DNA of 64,000 nt, from NCBI GenBank assembly GCA_033442325.1, contig JAWQFM010000009.1, positions 863,729 through 927,728 on the forward strand, given 5' to 3'. Shown here piece by piece: positions 59,455 to 64,000 of this stretch (positions are counted from its first letter, which is position 1; each line of letters opens with the position of its first letter). Source of the stretch: Salpingoeca rosetta (Eukaryota > Protista > Choanoflagellata). The position numbers and the translations under genes were made by a program. Below the pieces are notes generated by a model. It had not been told where the DNA came from. It saw only the letters and a program-made list of their open reading frames with translations, and searched no databases.

Positions 59455-59733
59455 GAACGGTTCCAATTAGCGCCCACACACGTGTGCAATTCACCACCAG
59501 CTAGTCAACCAACGAGGCACGTCATGCAATGAAATGCAATGGTACCCACACCTGCACACACGCACGTGCATGTGTGCATGTGTGCATGAGCATGCAGCAT
59601 CAACATGCAGGAAACAAAATCCAGTTTGAGACTGACCGACGAGGACAACTATGTAAGCGTAGTACGACCACGCCCAGACCCCAGTCACGAACAGGACAGG
59701 GAAGTACGTGGCCAGCCTGGCAGCCAGCCACAT
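56193..59733 (-). CDS. DHHC palmitoyltransferase (ZDHHC2/15/20-like); true start may lie further upstream; gap inside
   Basis: FPVLFVTGVWAWSYYAY, RLCTKCKIIKPDRCRHCSICGAC|VLKFDHHCP|WVANCVGFHNYKFF, HIHLLRRNETTV, GDGHQF and an acidic tail. Confidence 0.9.
56918..56992 (+). repeat. 18-bp minisatellite ACACAGACACGTGCAGAC x4, intronic in the DHHC gene
   Basis: Directly visible tandem copies. Confidence 0.9.
57053..57152. other. Assembly gap (100 N) inside the DHHC gene
   Basis: Run of n flanked by (CA)n. Confidence 0.99.
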
Positions 59734-60216
59734 CTCGAGCACGCGGTTTGGATGTGCCCTCTATGTCACACTGTCCGTGCAAGCGAAAGAAAGGCTTGTT
59801 CACAAGAATCAAGTCAGTGATGGGGGTGAGCGATGGGCGGACAGTGTGCGAGGAGTGCTTTCGTCGTCTTTTGTGGCTGCAGCACCACAGCGGTTATGGA
59901 CGATTTGTGGAAGATTTCAAACAAGATTCGAAATTCGACGTGCCTTGGTTTCGAGGCAAACAAACACAATCACACCCTCATTCACACTCATTCACACTGC
60001 TGCTGCTGCTCTGGTTGGTTGGCGCACCACCCCTCGTCACTCGCTCTGACCATATCACACGCGCACCTACGTACATGCGCATACGCACGCATCAGCATAC
60101 GCGTACATAAGCACGGAAACGCAAAGAAAGCAGAAACACCTGCATTTACAGCAGCACTACGCTTACCACCGTGCAAACCACACACACAGACACACACACA
60201 CGCACACACAGTCGTC

Positions 60217-60539
60217 ATGTCTGATGAAGACGACTTTGCCCAGTACAGCTCCGACTGGAGCGAAGAGGGTGATGGCCACAGGTCACCGTCCCCTCGCCAT
60301 TCAACTTCTCAGCCGCGGCGCAAACCGAAGCGCAGCCATACCTCGACATCCTCAAAATCAGGTTTGTCGATGTGCATGCAACCATGTTTATTTCGTCTCA
60401 TGGTTTCATGTGTTTTGGAGAAGTCATCATGGCCCTTGCAGTACAGCACATGTGTCCTCAGGCTGTCCTGTCCGTCCCACTTGATGTTTGTGCAACTCCT
60501 CAACTCACGCACACACGCACATAACCGTACACACATAAC

Positions 60540-60602
<63 letters not shown>

Positions 60603-63459
60603 CAGGGGCCAAGTCCTCGTCGCGGCGCACGCGGAAGCGGCCGGTGCAGTCTGCGGGCACGCGGCAGTACACGGCCGAGCTCGAGGACAAGCTACACAAC
60701 AAAGACATGCAACTGCAAGAGCTGAAGAAGGAGATGAAGGTGCTGCAGGATATTCAGCGGCGACAGGAGAAGGCCCTGGACAAGCTGGAGGGCAACGACT
60801 CCGAGCTGCCTCAGCGGCTGCGGCAGCGCGATGAAGAGATCCGGTCCCTGCGCGAGCAGCTGCGCAAGGCAAAAGACACCGTGCACACGATGAAGGAGAA
60901 TCAGCGGAAGAAAGACAAACATCTGCAGTCGATCCGCGACAAGACGCGGCAGCTCGACCAGCTGGTGCAGGACAAAGGGCTGCGGGAACGCGCGGAGCTT
61001 GAGAGCGAACTGGCAGCAATGAAGCAGCGCGTGCAGGAGCAAGAGGAGGAGATGGGCCGGCTGCGGCGCAAGGCTGAGCTTGAGGAGAAGGCACGCGTGC
61101 GCATGGAGCAGCAGGAGGTGAAGATGAAGGCGGCGCACAAGGCCAAGGTGACGGCGCTCCAGCAGCAAGTTGAGGACTTGGAGGCGGCGGTGGCGGAGAA
61201 GGACCGGCAGCTGGCCGGACTAAACATCCGGAGCCATCTGAAGACAACAACATCCGCGTCCAGGGCAGTGAGCCGCGCAACCACCACGCCCGCACCTGCA
61301 CCCCTGGATCTGCACAGTAGCCACGACGACAGCGACAACGACGGCACTGGTGATAGCACAGCGTCCAAGCTCCCGACATCACCAACACGCGGGAAGGCGT
61401 CGTCGCCATTCAAGAGAACGGCATCGCCAGAGCCAAAGCGCCTGCCACAGCCCCCAGCACAGACACAGACACCGAAGAAGCAGGAAAGCACGCCCGCACA
61501 TGTGGCAGAGCAGGTGGAGGAGGTGGTGAGTGATAAGGATGATGACGGTGATGGGGACATGAACGTGTCATCGACACGCACTGTGACGCCGGCCACGAAC
61601 ACAAAGAGAGCGCAGGAGGAGGAAGAGGAGAGGGCCCGCGGAAGAGCGCAGGAGGAGGAAGAGGAGAAGGCAAAGGCAGCAGCAGCGCAGCAGGCGGCGT
61701 TGCTGGCCGAGAAGAAGAAGAGGGAGGAGGAGGAGAAGGAGGAAGAAGCAAGGCGTGCAGCACGCGAGAGAGAAGAGAGGGCGGCAGCAGAGGAACGGCA
61801 GCGGATGGAGGAGGAAGACAGAAGAAGGAGGGAAGAGGAAGAGAGGAGGAAGCGGGAGGAGGAGGAGGCAGAACAGCGAAGGAAGGAGGAGGAAGAAAAG
61901 AGGCGGAGGGAAGAAGAGGAAGCAAAGGCTGCCAAAGCCAAGGCACAGCGGCAGCAACAGAGCGAAGCAGATCGCAAGAAGCAGCAGCTCCTGGCCATGG
62001 TGAGCGTGTGTGAGCGAGTGTGTGAGTGAGTGTGTGAGTGAGTGTGTGTGAGTGTGTGAGCGTGTGTGAGTGAGTGTGTGTGAGTGAGTGTGTGAGTGTG
62101 TGAGTGAGTGTGTGTGAGTGTGTGAGTGAGAGTGAGTGTGTGTGAGTGTGTGTGTATGTGTGTGTGTGTTTGTGTGTGTGTGTGGGATGCATGTGCATGA
62201 ATGCATGCTGGTTTGCGAGAATGCATGCAACCAGTTTTTCCTGTCATTTTATGCGCCGCACATCTCACACCTGATCTCCTTCTTGTGCGTGGTTGTGGCG
62301 CCACCAGCTCGGCAAGATTGATGCACAGGGCGGGGCGGGGACGACGGCCCCCAAGGACAACAGCGACGACAGCGATGACGATGGCATTGAGGAGGACATT
62401 CCATCGCTCGGCGGCCCGGCACCGGCTGACACCGCACGCGGCAGCACGAATGAACACCAGCAGCAACAGCAGCAGCAGTCGTCGCTCCCCTGGTTGAACA
62501 AGGAGCCGCGACAGCGAGGAGCACGACAGCCGGTGTGTATGCATATGTGTATATGTGTATGTATATGTGTATATGTGTATATGTGTGTGTGTTTATGCAT
62601 GCGGGTGCTGATGATTCTGTCCTGATTTCTTCTTCTCACAATTCCTTTTTCCACCCCTCCATGTGGCCCGTCGCCAGTCTGACGCCATTGCCAACATGCA
62701 TCGGGGACTCCCTGCCCGCCCAGACCTCCTCGAGTCAGTTTACACCCCCCCCACACACACAGACACAGACACACACACACACACACAGACACACAGACAC
62801 ACACACACACACCACACACAGACACACACACACACACACACACACAGACACACGTGCTGGTGTGCGTGCATATGTGTGCGTGAGCACGTGATTGTTCATC
62901 TGTTTGTTTGTCCCATTTGTTTGTTTTTGTGGTGTTTTTATGTCGACGGCTTGCCGTGAACCCAATGTTGATCACCTTATCTCACGAGTTGTGCTGTTGT
63001 GCGTGTGCGTGTGTGCAGTGACTTCAGGCAACGGTCCGGCCGCCAGCGCGCAAGAAGAGACATTGATCTCTCAAAGTGAGTCCTCACACACATACCACGA
63101 CACACACGCGACGCACGCACGCACACACACACACACATACACGCCTAAACAGCTTCCGCTTCATTGCAAGCAGTGCGTTACCACTGCCTGTTGTCACCAC
63201 CATTCTCATGACCACAATCACCACCAACATTCTCATGACCACAGTCGCCACCAACATTCTCATAACCGTTCTCATGACCACTTCCGTGACCACCACCAGG
63301 CCTGCGCTTGAGCGGGACGGGGCCGGGTCGAGTGTGCGGTCGTCATCTCTGGCGCCGTCCAGCGGACACAAGCTCGACTTTCTCAAGAGCAACGCGCGTG
63401 CCACTGCATCAGCACGCAGCAACCCCGACCAGAGCACGCGCGCACAGGGCAGCAGCAGC

Positions 63460-63499
<40 letters not shown>

Positions 63500-63882
63500 G
63501 CAGTGGTGGCGGTGTTGTTGATTTCCTCAACACGAAGCCCGACAGCAGCGGCGCGGCGCGTGCGCGTGCGCGTGGGAGTGGCGGGGGTGTGTTTCCGTGG
63601 GAGGCGAAGCAGCCGTCTGCAGGCAAGGGCAGAGCAAATGCTGGCGACAACAGCAGTGCTGCATACGCGCCAAGCTTCACGGCGGCGCCAGCAAAGGCGA
63701 CGACGGGCGCACGAGGCGGAGATGGTTTGCTTGCAGGCAATGACAGTGGCACAAGTGCGAGCAGTGCACCCAAGACGCTTCCGTGGATGAACGCGGGCGT
63801 GCGGAGACGAACGACACAGCCACCAGCGCAACACACCTTTGACGATGATGACGATGATGGCATTGAAAGCATCGAACTTTGA
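60217..63882 (+). CDS. LCA5: Lebercilin (LCA5)-like ciliary coiled-coil protein, multi-exon
   Basis: ELKKEMKVLQDIQRRQEKALDKLEGNDSELPQ..EEIRSLREQLRK and LRERAEL match the lebercilin domain; later RKKQQLLAM|LGKID, YAPSF and terminal DGIESIEL echo LCA5 motifs as I recall them. Confidence 0.82.
63194..63282 (+). repeat. Degenerate approx. 27-bp tandem repeat (CACCAACATTCTCATGACCACA..) x3-4 just before the last LCA5 acceptor
   Basis: Directly visible. Confidence 0.75.
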
Positions 63883-64000
63883 AGCCAGCGGTGTGTATGT
63901 GTGTATGTGCGTGTATGTTTATGTGCATATGTGTGTTTATGTGTCAATGTGTGTACATGTGTATATGTGCTTGTGTGTACATGTGTATGTGCATGTGCGC

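Overview
Intron-rich, GC-rich eukaryotic DNA with dense (CA)n/(TG)n microsatellites in most introns and three N gaps. The style and gene content (animal-like ciliary, spliceosomal and glycosylation genes) suggest a choanoflagellate such as Salpingoeca rosetta; this is inference, not verified. Most entries in the ORF track are microsatellite artefacts. By splicing manually I can support 19 protein-coding genes: UNC-50 (5'-truncated), Acinus, an intronless secreted protein, QRICH2/DUF4795-like, a divergent PP1-like phosphatase, SMG6/EST1-PIN, MGAT2-like, FDX2, MVB12-like, an SR-like RRM protein, RCC1L-like, a plant-type EDR2-like PH-START-DUF1336 protein, a PDZ protein, a small DUF1499-like protein, a large protein with a PD-(D/E)XK restriction-endonuclease-like domain plus a putative eIF4E/BLES03-like C-terminal domain, CD2BP2, BIN3, a DHHC palmitoyltransferase and lebercilin (LCA5). 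Sixteen of these form eight head-to-head pairs. The best candidates for new biology are the REase/eIF4E-like fusion gene (45502-50512), introns bracketed by complementary (GU)n/(CA)n tracts with acceptors that lack a pyrimidine tract, and the plant-type EDR2 architecture. All family assignments come from recalled motifs; no searches were run.
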